Assembly (NCBI GenBank): GCA_025594325.1
Contig: JANHCV010000005.1
Location: 930,001-994,000, forward strand
DNA length: 64,000 bases
Reading direction: 5' to 3'
Source: Blastocladiella emersonii ATCC 22665
Taxonomy: Eukaryota; Fungi; Blastocladiomycota
Below are positions 24,730 to 36,962 of this stretch, in pieces. A program made the translations under genes and the position numbers. The notes under the pieces were generated by a model that did no database searches, was not told where the DNA came from, and was given only the letters and a program-made list of their open reading frames with translations. The stretch's first letter is position 1. Each line of letters begins with the position of its first letter.

Positions 24730-25554
24730 CTACAGCTTGGTCTTGCCGCGCTTGACGCCGAGCTCGAGGAGCTTGCCGAAGGCCGAGGCGAAATCGGCAA
24801 AGAAAATGTCCTTGTCCTTGGCGTAGAGCTCCACGTACTGCTTGAACTCGCCGTCGAGGACAAAGGCCATGTCGGCGGGAAGCATCATGATCTCGTCGTC
24901 CTCGTCGACAAACTGCTTGGGCCCATCCCACTTCTTCTCGACCCACTTGGTGCTGAGCAGCAGCTTGAAGTACTGGTTCGAGAAGCGCGTGGGCGTGTAG
25001 GTCCAGGGCCCGTCGTACCCGGAGCGGTCCGTGTGGCAGCGGCCGAGCGAGTGGGCGCCGAGCAGGGCGACGATCTCGCGGTCCGTGAAGCCCATGCGGT
25101 AGAAGACGTCGCGGACGTGCGACGCGCCCTGGGCCGCGTCGGGCAGGCGGCCGTTGGGCGGGATCTCGGTCGCCTTGACGGTGCGCTCGTCCTTGTCGGT
25201 GCGTCCGGGGGTCCACGGGATGCGCGGGCCGCCCATGGCCTCGATGGCGGCCACGCCGCCGAGCGTCCACAGGTCCGCGTACGAGATCCACGGGTGCTTG
25301 GCCTTGATGGGCTCGAGGAAGGCGCGCGCGTGCTCGAGGCCCGCGTTGGCGCCGTCCGTGGCCTCGGGCTTGAAGCGCATGGTGGCGCCGTCCGAGCCGC
25401 CCGTCTTGGTCTTGCGGTCGTAGGTGCCCGACGCGTGCCACGCCAGGCGCACCAGCACGGGGCCGATGCTGCCGTCGTCGTAGCCCGGCTTGTCGAGGAT
25501 CGCGGCAATGTCCTGGGCCACCTTCTGGTAGTCTGCGGCGGTGCGGGTCGTCAT
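24730..25554 (-). CDS. Class I heme peroxidase (cytochrome c peroxidase type), no mitochondrial presequence, intronless
   Basis: [61 protein letters not shown]; ends TKL. First ATG is at 25554. Confidence 0.95.
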   Translation of the reverse strand: MTTRTAADYQKVAQDIAAILDKPGYDDGSIGPVLVRLAWHASGTYDRKTKTGGSDGATMRFKPEATDGANAGLEHARAFLEPIKAKHPWISYADLWTLGGVAAIEAMGGPRIPWTPGRTDKDERTVKATEIPPNGRLPDAAQGASHVRDVFYRMGFTDREIVALLGAHSLGRCHTDRSGYDGPWTYTPTRFSNQYFKLLLSTKWVEKKWDGPKQFVDEDDEIMMLPADMAFVLDGEFKQYVELYAKDKDIFFADFASAFGKLLELGVKRGKTKL

Positions 25555-25919
25555 GGTCGATACGTTGCGATGTTCGTGTACGGTTAACGCAAGCGAGAGC
25601 GGGGGCCGGTGGCGGGGCCGCTCGCTCGTCTTATGCGTTGCTCGTCCCGCTGAGTGCAGAGTGCTTTGCATCGGCGGAGCGGCGGAGCGAGTCAGCCGAC
25701 GCGCTTCTCATTACATCACTGCTGGGCCATGTGAATCCGCGCGCTCCCAAAACCCGGTTTTCGCGCGGTCAGGTGGTCCCACGCGCCCCGGATTCGCGCC
25801 GGTTTTGCCTCGTCTCGGCTCGTCTCGTCGCGCGCGGGCCGCGAGACACTTCCCCTCGACCCAGAAGCAGTGGAAGGACTCGCATTCCGACCCGCACTCC
25901 CCGCAACGAACCCACTACC

Positions 25920-26505
25920 ATGAATCAGCCCGACCGCGCCGAGGCTATCACGCTGCCGTTTGGCGTCAAGAAGTAGGCGCGCTGTGAGTGCTCGGTCCCG
26001 ACGTGAGCGCGGACTGACCCACTGCCTGCCGCCGCACTCCAGGCTCGTCATCACCGAGGACACGCGTCTGCCGAACGCCGTGACCATTGAGATCCAGCGC
26101 GAGGACCACACGCTCGCTGGCCTGCTCAAGTCGTACGCACGCCGTGTCGTCGCTGTGACCCGTGCCCGTCCCTCACCCCCTCCGTCCATAGCGCGCTCCT
26201 CCGTGACCCGCGCGTCGTGTTCGCCGGGTACAAGATGCCGCACCCGCTCGAGCACCACATTCTGTTCAAGCTGCAGACCACGGACCAGATCAAGCCGACC
26301 GAGGCCCTGCGCACCGCCATCGAGGGCCTGATCAACGACCTGGCCAACCTCAAGAACCACTTCAACGTTCGTGTATCCGCTTCGCGCTCTGCCCGCCGTA
26401 CCGTCTCACCATCGCCGTTTCACGACCGTGTAGGAGCAGGTCCAGAGGGCAAAGGACGCGGCCGTCGGCGCCAACCAGTTCAACGACCAGGAAATGGACT
26501 ATTGA
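25920..26505 (+). CDS. RPB11: RNA polymerase II subunit Rpb11
   Basis: MNQPDR; PNAVTIEIQREDHTLAGLL; FAGYKMPHPL; three introns. Confidence 0.93.
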
Positions 26506-26892
26506 GCTCACTCTCCAACCACCATCATCTGTACATAGATTGCTTGCCTTTCACCCTCTTCCGCGTTGACTTGGCCCTCGCGCGCGCGCTCGCTCATGCG
26601 TCGTGCCATGTGGGCATCTGCCCAGGCACTCGCCCCGATCTCGCCGTTCCCACGGTGAGCGGAGCGATGAGGAGGGACCGTCCTCGGCCATCGGGCAGGC
26701 ATCGGGAGAGGGTTTCTTTTTCCGAGCCTTGGCTTCAGGCAGAGAGGCGAAGGGGAACGCGGAGCGCCACCGCCTCAGTCAGCTGCGGGCCGTGTTGCGC
26801 CCACCTCGCCGCGATTCAAATCCTCGCCCTCTCCCGCCGCCCTCCTGCTCTCTCCCACCAAAGACGAACTCGAACCCTTTAAACGAAAGCTC

Positions 26893-28424
26893 ATGGATCT
26901 CTTTATCGAAATCGACAAGTCGGTCAACGTCCGCGAGCTGTCGACCCGCAAGGTCCTCGACAGCACCCAGTTCTTTGCCTGTGCGTCGTCTGCCCGCCGT
27001 CTTCGCCCTCTACCTCGCCGGCCTTCTCGCTCGCGTGCGGCAGCTGCGACCCACCCGATCCCGACCGCAGCGAGGCGCCGCCACGGCCACGTTCAAGCGC
27101 TGACCTTCCTCCCGTGTCCCTGTCCCTCTAGCGCTGCTCAACCTCCTCGTGCTGCGCGGCCAGTACCTGCTGCCCGAGGCCGCCGCCATCGAGGAGTTCC
27201 AGCTCGCGACCCTCGTCAGCGACTTTCTCGCCGTCGCCGCGGAGCACTTTCCCGCCGTACGCACGCCGCCCATGTGCGCTCCTCGAGGTCCAGCACCTGA
27301 CGATCCCCGTGCGGCCGTGTAGAAGAACGGCTACAGCGTCGACGACGCGCGCTCGTTCATCCTCGCCCATGCGCGGTCGCGTACGTCCCTCCCCTCGTCA
27401 CCCTCACGCGGCCGAGCCTAACCACGCCAACGTGGGGTAGCCGTGACGCTCAACCCGCACTGCAACAACCCTACGAGCTTCGAGCCGTCGCCCGTGCTCG
27501 CCTTCCTCGACTTTTTCGGTCTCCCGCTGTTCCACTCGGCGCTCGCCGACCCCGCCGAGGCGTTTGCCCTCCGCTCGCAGCTCGAGCGCCATGGGACCTG
27601 GGCCAATGCCGCTGCGCATGCGTCCGAGTGTACGTTTGTCTGGGTATCGCCTCCGCACGACCGCTGAAACCATTCCATATCTAGCGCCCGAGATCCAGTC
27701 CCTGATCGAGTCGCTCGTGACTCGCCCCGCGGGGATCACGCCCGCGTTCGCGTCGGCCATCGCGTCGCTGGCGGACGACGCCAAGTTCGACTACGCGCTG
27801 CTGTACAACCCGGCAACCTCGGGCTTCCACGTGCTCGCGCACACGCGGACGTCGTCACGCACGCGCCCCGCGGACCGCGTGCCCGCCGTCTTCCACGCGA
27901 CGCCCGTGGACGTGGACGGTTGGGTCGCGTACGAGCACCTGGCGACGGCCGCGACCGCGCTGCCGGGCAACACGATCGACGACGCGCACCCGCGCAAGTT
28001 CACGGACGAGGCGTTCAACCCGCTGCCCGTGTACGATGTCGGGGCCGAGCAGCTGTTCGTCGACCTGTCGCACCGCGAGCAGGCCGACAAGGACTACGCG
28101 CTCGCGCTCGCCATGGAGGACTCGGCGGCCGTCGAGGCCGCGCGCCACGCCGTCGGGATGCCGCAGTTCTCGAACACCTTCTCGACGTCGCTCACGGGCG
28201 GCGATAAGCTCGGCGGGCCTGGCTCGTTCGTGCCGCCGAAGCCGATGACGCGGAGCAAGTCCAAGTCCAAGGACAAGAGCAAGAAGGAGGAGAAGGAGGG
28301 TGAGGGCTCGCCCAAGAAGGGCAAGAAGCTGTTCGGCAGCCTGTTCCGCCGCAAGCGGAGCTCGAGCCGCGGGCGGACCGCGTCGCCTGAGCCCGCCGCC
28401 GTCGCGGCCGCGGCCGAGCGTTGA
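26893..28424 (+). CDS. MINDY-1/2 (FAM63) family protein, catalytic residues apparently lost, with MIU motif
   Basis: LLNLLVL, FEPSPVLAFLDFFGLPLFHSALADP (cf. FE..FDLL.IPLYHGWLVDP), KFTDEAF and MIU-like DKDYALALAMED; four introns. Confidence 0.7.
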
Positions 28425-28562
28425 CCGCGGTCACCTCCCCCACCACCCTCTCCCTCTCATCATAGACGCTGCGCGCACCAGTTTTGTTCAGGAATACACA
28501 CAAGCGATACAGATAAAGCTAGGGGGAAAGTGTATGAATGAACGCAAATCGACAAACCAAGC

Positions 28563-30926
28563 TCAGTTCTTGGCCGCGGCCTCGGCCTTGCGGGCCTCCT
28601 GGTACGCCTTGATGAGCTCCTGCTGGGTGCTGCCGAGGACGGGCTCGTGGCGCAGGTACTCCATGGCGAACTCGCCCTTGCCCTGGGTGATGGACCGCAG
28701 GTCGCTCGAGTACCCGAACATGTTGTTGAGCGGGACGAGGGCCTGGATGACCACGTCGTCCTCCTGGACCTCCGAGTCGGTGATGGTCCCCTTACGCTTG
28801 TTGATGCCCGAGACCACGGACCCCTGGAACTCGGCGGGCGCCGTGACGCTGACGGACATGATGGGCTCGAGGACCACGGCGTTGGCGCGGGCCATGGCGT
28901 CGCGGAACGCGTACAGTGTGGCGGTGCGGAACGCGAGCTCGTTACTGTCGACCGAGTGGGCGAGCCCGTCCTGCAGCACCATGCGGGTGCCCGTGATCGG
29001 GTGCCCCGTGAGCGGACCCTTGAGCGTGGCCTCGTGGAACCCCTTCTCACACGCCGGGATGAAGTTGGACGGGATGCTGCCGCCGACCACCTCGTTCGAG
29101 AACACGTTCTGCTGCAGCTTGGACGCGAGCTCGGCCTCGGACAGGGGCTGCTCGCCGTCGGCGGCGGCTTCGGCGAGCTCGGCCTCGACCGACGCCGCCG
29201 TCGGCTCGATGAACCCGATGACGCGGCCGAACTGGCCCGACCCGCCCGACTGCTTCTTGTGTGTGTAGTTGAAGGTGGCCTTCTGCTGGATCGTCTCGCG
29301 GAAGGCGACGCGCGGCTTGCCCGTGGTGCAGTCGACGTTGTACTCGCGGCGCATGCGCTCGACGTAGATCTCGAGGTGCAGCTCGCCCATGCCGGAGATG
29401 ATGGTCTCCTTGGACTCGGCGTCGACGTGCACGCGGAACGTCGGGTCCTCCTTCTGGAACCGGTTCAGCGCCTTGGAGAAGTTGGCCGTGTCCTTGCCCT
29501 TCGGGTGGATCGCCAGCGAGATGACGGGCTCGGGCACGAACATGGACGTCATGGTCAGCTTCTCGGTGCCGTCCGAGAAGGTGTCGCCCGAGCTGCACTC
29601 GACGCCGAACAGCGCGCAGATCTCGCCCGCCCCAACGCTGTCGACGTCCTCCATCTCGTTGGAGTGCATGCGCACCACGCGCGGCACCTTGACGCGCTTG
29701 CCCGTGCGCACGTTGAACAGGTTCATGCCCTTGCTCAGCGTGCCCTGGTACACGCGCACGTACGTGAGCTGGCCGAACCGGCCCTCCTCGAGCTTGAAGG
29801 CGAGACCGACAAACGGCTTGTCCGAGTTGGAGTCGAGCAGCACCTTGGCCTCCTTGTTCTTGGCGTCGAGCGCGTGGTTGTCGACGTCGGTCGGCGACGG
29901 CAGGTACGACGCCATGCCGTCGAGCATCGGCTGCACGCCCGTGTTCTTGTACGCGGACCCCATGAAGACGGGCACGAACTTGCGCGCCAGCGTCGCGCGG
30001 CGGATCGCCTTGACCATCTGCTCGGCGGTCGGCACCTCCTCGGCGAGGTACAGGTCCGCAATCTCCTCGTCGACATCGGCCAGCGCCTCGAGCAGCTCCT
30101 GCTTCTTGGTCGCGACCAGCGACTCGAGCTCGGCCGGGATCGGGCCCTCGCGCACCGTCTCGCCCTTGACGCCCTCGTTGTACAGCGCCTTGCCGTGCAC
30201 CAGATCGACCACGCCGATGAACGAGTCCTCGGCGCCGATCGGCACCTGCATCGCGGCCGCGGGCAGCCGCAGCTTGGTGCGGATCTGGTCGATGACGCGG
30301 AACGGGTTGGCACCGACGCTACGATGGCGGGATTCGGGTCAGCGATGGGTACCCCCTAAGACAGGGCGCACAACGAGTGCGTACCGATCCATCTTGTTGA
30401 TGAAGGCGATGCGGGGCACCGAGTAGCGCTTCATCTGGCGGTCGACGGTCATGGTCTGCGACTGGACGCCCGAGACGGAGCACAGGACGAGGATCGCGCC
30501 GTCGAGGACGCGCAGGGCGCGCTCGACCTCGATCGTAAAGTCGACGTGGCCCGGCGTATCGATGATGTTGACGGCGTGGTCGCCCCACTGCGTGTAGGTG
30601 GCGGCACTCTGGATGGTGATCCCCTTCTCGCGCTCGAGGTCCATCGAGTCCATCTTGGCGCCCACGTTGTCCTTGCCGCGCACCTCGTGGATGTCCTTGA
30701 TGCGGCCCGTGTAGAACAGGATGCGCTCCGTCAGCGTCGTCTTGCCCGAGTCGATGTGCGCCGAGATCCCAATGTTGCGCAGCTTCTGCAGCCGCGCCAG
30801 GTCCGACCCCGTCGCCGTCGAGTTCCACCGCCGCAGGAACGACACCGACGCGGCCGCCGGCATCGTGTGCGGGCGGGCGGGCGTGGCGCCGCCGCGCGCG
30901 ACCGCGCTCCACGCCGTGCGAATCAT
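28563..30926 (-). CDS. MEF1: Mitochondrial elongation factor G1
   Basis: [53 protein letters not shown]; presequence; one intron about 30319-30386. Confidence 0.97.
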
Positions 30927-31202
30927 GGTTGCTGGTATGGGGGTGTTGATCACGTAGCAGGCGTCCACGACCGAGGACTGGGTGGTGCGGGTGCAAGGGG
31001 GGATCGGCGGGTGGGAGGAGAGGGGATCGTCTCGCAGCGCCGGCGAGCGAGCGAGGGAGACAGCCTAAACTCGCGCCATGTGACCCGATGTTTGAGGGAC
31101 AGCCTGACAGGGGTGGCAGCCTCGCCTGTTGGCGCGCCGCGCCTCACTGCTCCTGATCCAAAGTGTCTCCCCGAACCCGGCTCTCTGTATTTGAGAATGG
31201 TA

Positions 31203-32796
31203 TCACTGATGCAGCTCCATGCACGGCGCGCCGCCGCGACCGACGGTGGCACCGATGGCATCCGCATCCGCCTTGGTGAGCCAGCGGGCGATCGCGGCGG
31301 GGTCCGACTGCTCGAGCTCGTTGTCGCCGCGCTTGCGCTTCTTCGTCGGCGAGCTGCCGGTCGCGGTTGACGGGATCGAAGGGAGCGCGTGGAGCGCGAC
31401 ACCCTGCCCGCCGACCTGGGTGCGGAACGTGGCGAACCCGGCCGCCTCGAGCTCGCCGCGCAGCGTTTCGGGCACCGCCGCATCGTCGAGAGCCGGGTCG
31501 AGGTACGTGAGCACGCACCCGCCGCCGCCCGCGCCCGTCAGCTTGGCCGCGAGCCCGTGCTTGGCCGCGGTCGCGATGATCTGCTCGAGTGTCGGGTGCG
31601 ACACGTCGATGGCCGCGAGCAGCGACTGGTTGACGCGGATCAGGTCGTTGAGCGACGCCGCTCCCTCGCCCTTGGCCTCGGACGCACCACTACCAGCGAT
31701 GAGCGTCTGGCGGCCAGCGCGCGCGAGCGCGTCCATGGCATCGAGCACCGGGTTGATGACGGCCGGCATGGCGTCGCGGCGCGCCTTGACCTTGCCGACC
31801 TGCACCATGGTGTTCTTCTGCACCTTGGAGTCGACGAGCAGGAACTCGAACGCGTCGAACCCCGTCAGCGTCTCCATGCCGTCACCCTTGGTGTATGCCA
31901 GGGCACCGCCGAACGTCACCACCGTGTTGTCGACGCCCGACGGGGTGCCGTGGATCACGCGCTCAGCGGCGAGCGCCCACGCGTTGATGAGGTCGAGCGC
32001 GGCCTTGGTATCGGGGTTGCTGCGGGTGGTGGCGGGGCTGGTGCCCGACCCGCTCGTGGTGCGTGCACGCTTGGGCGAGCGCTGCGGCGACTGCGCCTGC
32101 TTCCCGCCGTCGCTCGACTCGCTCCCACCAGCGATCGCGCCAAAGCCCTTGAGCAACGCGCCGGCCATGGCAACACTGAGCGACGCCGACGACCCGAGCC
32201 CACTCCCGATCGGGATCTGAGACCGGAGCAGCAGCATGAGTGGCGGGACGCGGTCGAGCGGGCAGATGGCCGTGACCAGGTGCAGCGCCGCGAGCGACGC
32301 CGCGAGCTGCGTCTCGTGCAGCTTGGCGCCGTGCGCGCGCTGGTGGTGCTCCTCGACGAGCGCGGCGAGGGCGTCGCGCTGCTCGAGGTTCCGTGGCGCG
32401 CCGCGTCCCGCCGTCGCGGTGACGAACGGCTGCAGCGCGTCGCACGGGATCGACAGGCGAAGCGCTACGTCGGGCATCGCGATCGTGACGTGGTCCGCGG
32501 GCGCGTCGGCGTCGCTGCTGGTCTGGGACACGGGGTACAGCAGCGCGTACGAGCGCAGGTTGACGGCCGTTGCGATCGCCATCTAGCAGTGACGGCGCAA
32601 GTCAGCTCACAAACGATCGGACAGTCTCCCACCCAGTTCGCGTCGTACTCACCTTGCCGTACACGACCGAGTGCTCGCCGAACAGGATCGTCTTGCCGGG
32701 CGCCGACGCCATGGCGGGCCGGAGCGCCCTGCTCGCGGGTGATACCGTCGTCGTGGACCGAGTCTTCATGGCGATGGTGGTGGGTTCGGGTTGCAT
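31203..32796 (-). CDS. ERG12: Mevalonate kinase
   Basis: ASAPGKTILFGEHSVVYGK, intron, AIATAVNLR; PIGSGLGSSAS; IHGTPSGVDN; KLTGAGGGGC. Start could be 32796 or 32769. Confidence 0.95.
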
Positions 32797-34073
32797 GGAG
32801 CTTCGTGGTTCGCAACTTGCGTGATCTAGTGACGACGGAGGAAGAGACGGCGTACGAACAGGGACGACGAATTCGGTTGCCCCTGACGCCCTTTGCTCCC
32901 TTCGAGCTGACCGCCGCCGCTCAAGTCCCCGCGCGCAAAGGCGCGTGGAGACACCAACCCCTGATCCTCCTTTGATGAAGCGACCCGTCACGTCCACCAT
33001 CAGGAATTCGTACATCACCGCCAAAGTAGCAATACATCCTCTCGGTGGATCAGCAGGAACAAATGGTATTTTGCTCGGTCATGGTTTGTAGTTGTTGTTG
33101 TTGCGTCCCGATTGCAAGTTGTGCATCACAAGTGAGAGGAGAGCGGCGCCAGTCGTAACCAGGCGCAATAAAGTAGCAACGGAGGGTCGATCGCGTCGAG
33201 TCGACTCGAGAGATGGTCGCCAAATGATTCCTATGATCCGCCATGGCTACGGCTGGACGAGGTGCCCAAGCGGCTGAGTCGCTATAGCGGCTTCAGCAGA
33301 GGGATGGCGACACGAAAGCCACCGCCCCAGGTTGTGAATCCGCACTGCTATTTTATGTGAAGAGCAAGACACGGTTGCAGGGACTTGCCGGCCATTTATG
33401 GGTCGCGTCGCCGCCGCAGCCAGGGGCGCCAGCGGGGGAGGCGCACGCGACGGAGAAGCGAAGGGCGCCTGGAAACGCTGCACGTGCCGGACCGATGCAT
33501 CAGCTGACCAAGTGGCGCAGATCGAGACGCGTCTCGGGACGCGTCGCGATCGGGCGGCACCGCATCTTGCTGCACGTAACAGGTCTCGCAAGCGTATCGA
33601 CCGTTGGACGTCATATTCTCTCAATAACGGCGACGTGCTCCCCGCTGCTTGCGAGTGGCAGTGTCCGTGGCCCGCGACACCGCACATGCTTTGGACGCGC
33701 TCGTCGGCTCAGGGCTTTCTTGCCGTGATCAAATATTGAGCTCGATGAGCAACGCAAGTTCAAGAGCGGATGCGCGCAATCGAAACTGATCGATGCGCTT
33801 GCATGTCCACGGCCAGAGAGTCAGGCAGAGTCTCATGAACACGCATACATTGGGGATGAATTGAAGGCGTGCGATCTTGGGCACACATGGCCAACGACGG
33901 TGCTGCGTCGACGTCGAGTCGCCAGCGCGTCGGCGAGCGGAACCAGTCCATGTCGAGCGCGAGCTTACGCTCCGTCGACAACACCAGCATCGGCGACTGG
34001 GCCGCCCGCGACAGGTAACGGCTGCTGAATCTATGATTGCTCCGCCGGTGAGACTGCCGCGTCTGGCGGACGG

Positions 34074-34358
34074 TCAGCGAGAGCTGCAACGACGTACTGC
34101 TTGAGCCGGGCGCTCTTGACGCCGCACGCCCAGGAGCCCGGTGGTTTCCACAAACTGCGTCACGACCCGTTCGAGCTGCATGAAGTGCATGGACAGCGTG
34201 ATGAGCAGGAGGAGGGTGAATCGCAGGTTGGAAATGACGGGGAGGACCCAGCTCGACGTGGTCGCCACGGTGCCCGCGAGGACGAACAGGGTCACCCCGA
34301 TCCCTGACGCGACGGCGAAGCCGACCATGTAGAGCGGACTCACTGCATGAGTTTTCAT
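34074..34358 (-). pseudogene. Short membrane-protein fragment (two hydrophobic segments), probably a relic
   Basis: YMVGFAVASGIGVTLFVLAGTV and LRFTLLLLITLSMHF with host-like G/C third positions inside an otherwise lower-GC island; no full gene reconstructable. Confidence 0.3.
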
Positions 34359-34691
34359 TGAGTTATGTCTTCAAGTATAGTGCACTGAGGGAGCCTCGAG
34401 AGCTCGAGTGGCGCGACTTTGAAAGCGAGGCCGCGAGCAAGCGTGGGAGCTCTCACAACCGACTCATGAGGCGCGAACAACATAGAACCGCCTCCAACCG
34501 CTCTCGTCTTCGATCACAGCCTAAGTCCTTCGCTGAACCGAGCGCGGGCTCGACAACGACAGCCTCAGCAGACGCGCTGCGCCACGCCTCAGGAAGTGAC
34601 GGCTGGGGCAAGGACCATCGCGTAGGATCGTAGGGCGGAGGCCTGCTTCGCACGACCTGATAAACAACTGATAGAGCGAGCTACGTCGCCG

Positions 34692-35819
34692 ATGCTGGAA
34701 TGTACCTCTTCGAAACATCATTACAATGCAGCGGGGACAGGTTTCCCCCCGAGCGGCGTGACCGGCCTCGCGTTGCGCCACACACCGCTTTGGGGGGAAA
34801 CGGTGACCGCGGTCGCCACCACCGGCTTGGACTCAGGCCATCCATCCAGCTCAGTTCACCCTCCCCGCAGTCTCGCCTTCCCAACCATGAATCTTGATGC
34901 AACACGGTCTTCACCGGATGCTCGCTCGCTTGCTCGGCCTCGGCAGCCGGGCGGCACATGCGACCAAACCGATGACCCCGCGGCACTCGTTCCGTACCTC
35001 AAAGCTGTTCTACAAGCGTCACCGCAGGTCGAACTTGACCCCGCAGGTCGCCGGCGCTTACTTGCCCAGATTTGCGAGTTTCCTTGCGTCAAATCGGCTC
35101 TCACGGCACCCGAGGGCAGCCTGCGCCGAAGTGAACAGCTCAACGAGATCCTCATCGATATACTGGGACGCGTGTTGCACGTGTTGAAGTCGGAGCTCGA
35201 AGAGAAAGCTCGACTCGAGGCAGAAATTGCCGCGCTCCAAGCGAAGCCGCGAGCGCTCGAAATTTCCGCGAAGAACGCTGCAGCTTCGTTTCAATCGGCA
35301 AAGTCGCCCCTTGGCTCCTCTGGCGAATCCTCCTGGAACCCAATCGGCGTCGATGATCGGACCGAAATTGAGCTTGCCTGTAAGCTGATCCGCATGCGAC
35401 CTGAAGATTACAACGCGGCGGCGTCCTTTGCTTGGGCTATGATGGAGCTCGTCAAGCGGTTCGACGTTCCTGGCATTCTCGCGGCTGGAATCCTCGTCAA
35501 TGCGATTCCAGCCGACCACCTCGTCCATCGCTTCCCGGACTTCAACGAAGCGACCCGCACTGGCGACTTCAAGGCCGCCATCAAGGCTTACATTGAAGCC
35601 GATGCTGCCGCCAACAGGGCGGCTGCCGCTGTCGCCCACTCGCAGCAGGCGATAGGTTCGCCGACAGGTCGTGGCTCAGTGCACAACCCACCGAATCGTG
35701 GTAACGCCTCGACACTCGTAGTCTGCTATGGCTGTGGAGGGCTCGGGCACTTCAAACGGGACTGCCCGGATCGCGACGCGGGCAAGCAGCGCCCACGCAA
35801 ACGCCGCGGTGGCACTTGA
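34692..35819 (+). mobile_element. Gag-like ORF with C-terminal CCHC zinc knuckle; no pol detected
   Basis: CYGCGGLGHFKRDC (CX2CX4HX4C) at 35724-35765, central coiled coil, basic tail; intronless; codon usage unlike host genes. Confidence 0.6.
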
Positions 35820-35920
35820 TCGAGCAAACCCGAGCCCGAATGATGGAGCCTCATCGTTTTCGACCCGTCAACTGGTTTTCATCACGAACGTAGGATAGCC
35901 CCTCCTCGACGGACTCTTCC

Positions 35921-36566
35921 ATGGCCAACAAAAGCGGAACGCCTTGCTCTCAGGTCGGCCCGATTACGGCCCTCCCCGCTGATCCGGAGGCATTCCTCCG
36001 AGCGCTCGCTGCCGAACACTCTGTGTTTGCCGAATGCCTTGTGGAAGTCGAGATGTGGGACCGCGAGGCGGGCGACGAGCCCGTCACGGCCATTCTCGCT
36101 CGCCACGACTCGGAGATGCTCAAGGTTCGTATCAACGCAGCCGACCATTTCTCCGTCTCCTCTGCGCGCCGATTAGCGGACCGTGTGCGTAGCACTGAGG
36201 ACAAGCTGTTCAGTCAGATCACTGGGCAGATCGCCCACCTCGAGCATCAGCAGCTGCAGACCGACAACTCTTCCAGCGGTCGGATCGTGCGCGGTCGCCT
36301 TGTGAGGGCCAACATCATAGGTCTTGTGCGTCGCAGGCACGCCCATAGCTCGAGCAAGTGCTCATGTCCGTGCGCTCGCCCTGCAACTCGACGGTCTCGC
36401 AATCCAGCACGACGCGCTGTGCCGCGAAGGCGAGCCGCTCAAGCTTGCCCCCGAGGTAACGGTGGACCAAGTGCTCTCCATTTTCATAGAGTCCGTGAAG
36501 CACCTCGAGACAATGGACTCGACCTGGTCTCAAATTCAAGCCGTGTCACTCATGCCGTACCGTTGA
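35921..36566 (+). CDS. Hypothetical protein (~195 aa), one predicted intron
   Basis: A GT-AG intron at 36279-36336 (58 nt) joins ORF 35921 in frame to the 36324-36566 frame; helical; no recognised domain. Confidence 0.45.
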
Positions 36567-36962
36567 AGCGTTGAGTCTGTGTTGAGTTATTCAGTTCACT
36601 TTGCTTTTCCCTATCTTCGAGTTTAAAGCTTCAGCACTCATCCTCAGTTGACGAAACGACGAGGGTAGGTGTTCTGAACACTCCCCCAAACTTCAACTTC
36701 CTCGCGATGAGCTTTCGCATCTTGCGCCTGAGACGAACTTTCGATCAGCGCTGCGTCGCGGAAGCGACCAGGCGCGCCCCCGTCCGCTGGGCGTGTGGCG
36801 CGGGCGGAGACAGCGTGCGAGACGCGTTGCGCCGCCACGTGCGTGTGCGCGCCACGCGCCTCATTCGCGCCCGCGAGATTGCATCGGCCGCTTCTCTCCC
36901 CTCCCCCTCTCTCGCTTCGCCTCGTGTCACCCATGCATCTCTGACCGCAACCCATCCGAACA

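Noticed and set aside
34350-36650. LTRs, TIRs or a primer-binding site around the Gag-like ORF
   Set aside because: Only a 9-mer (TTGAGTTAT) recurs near both ends, which is insufficient.
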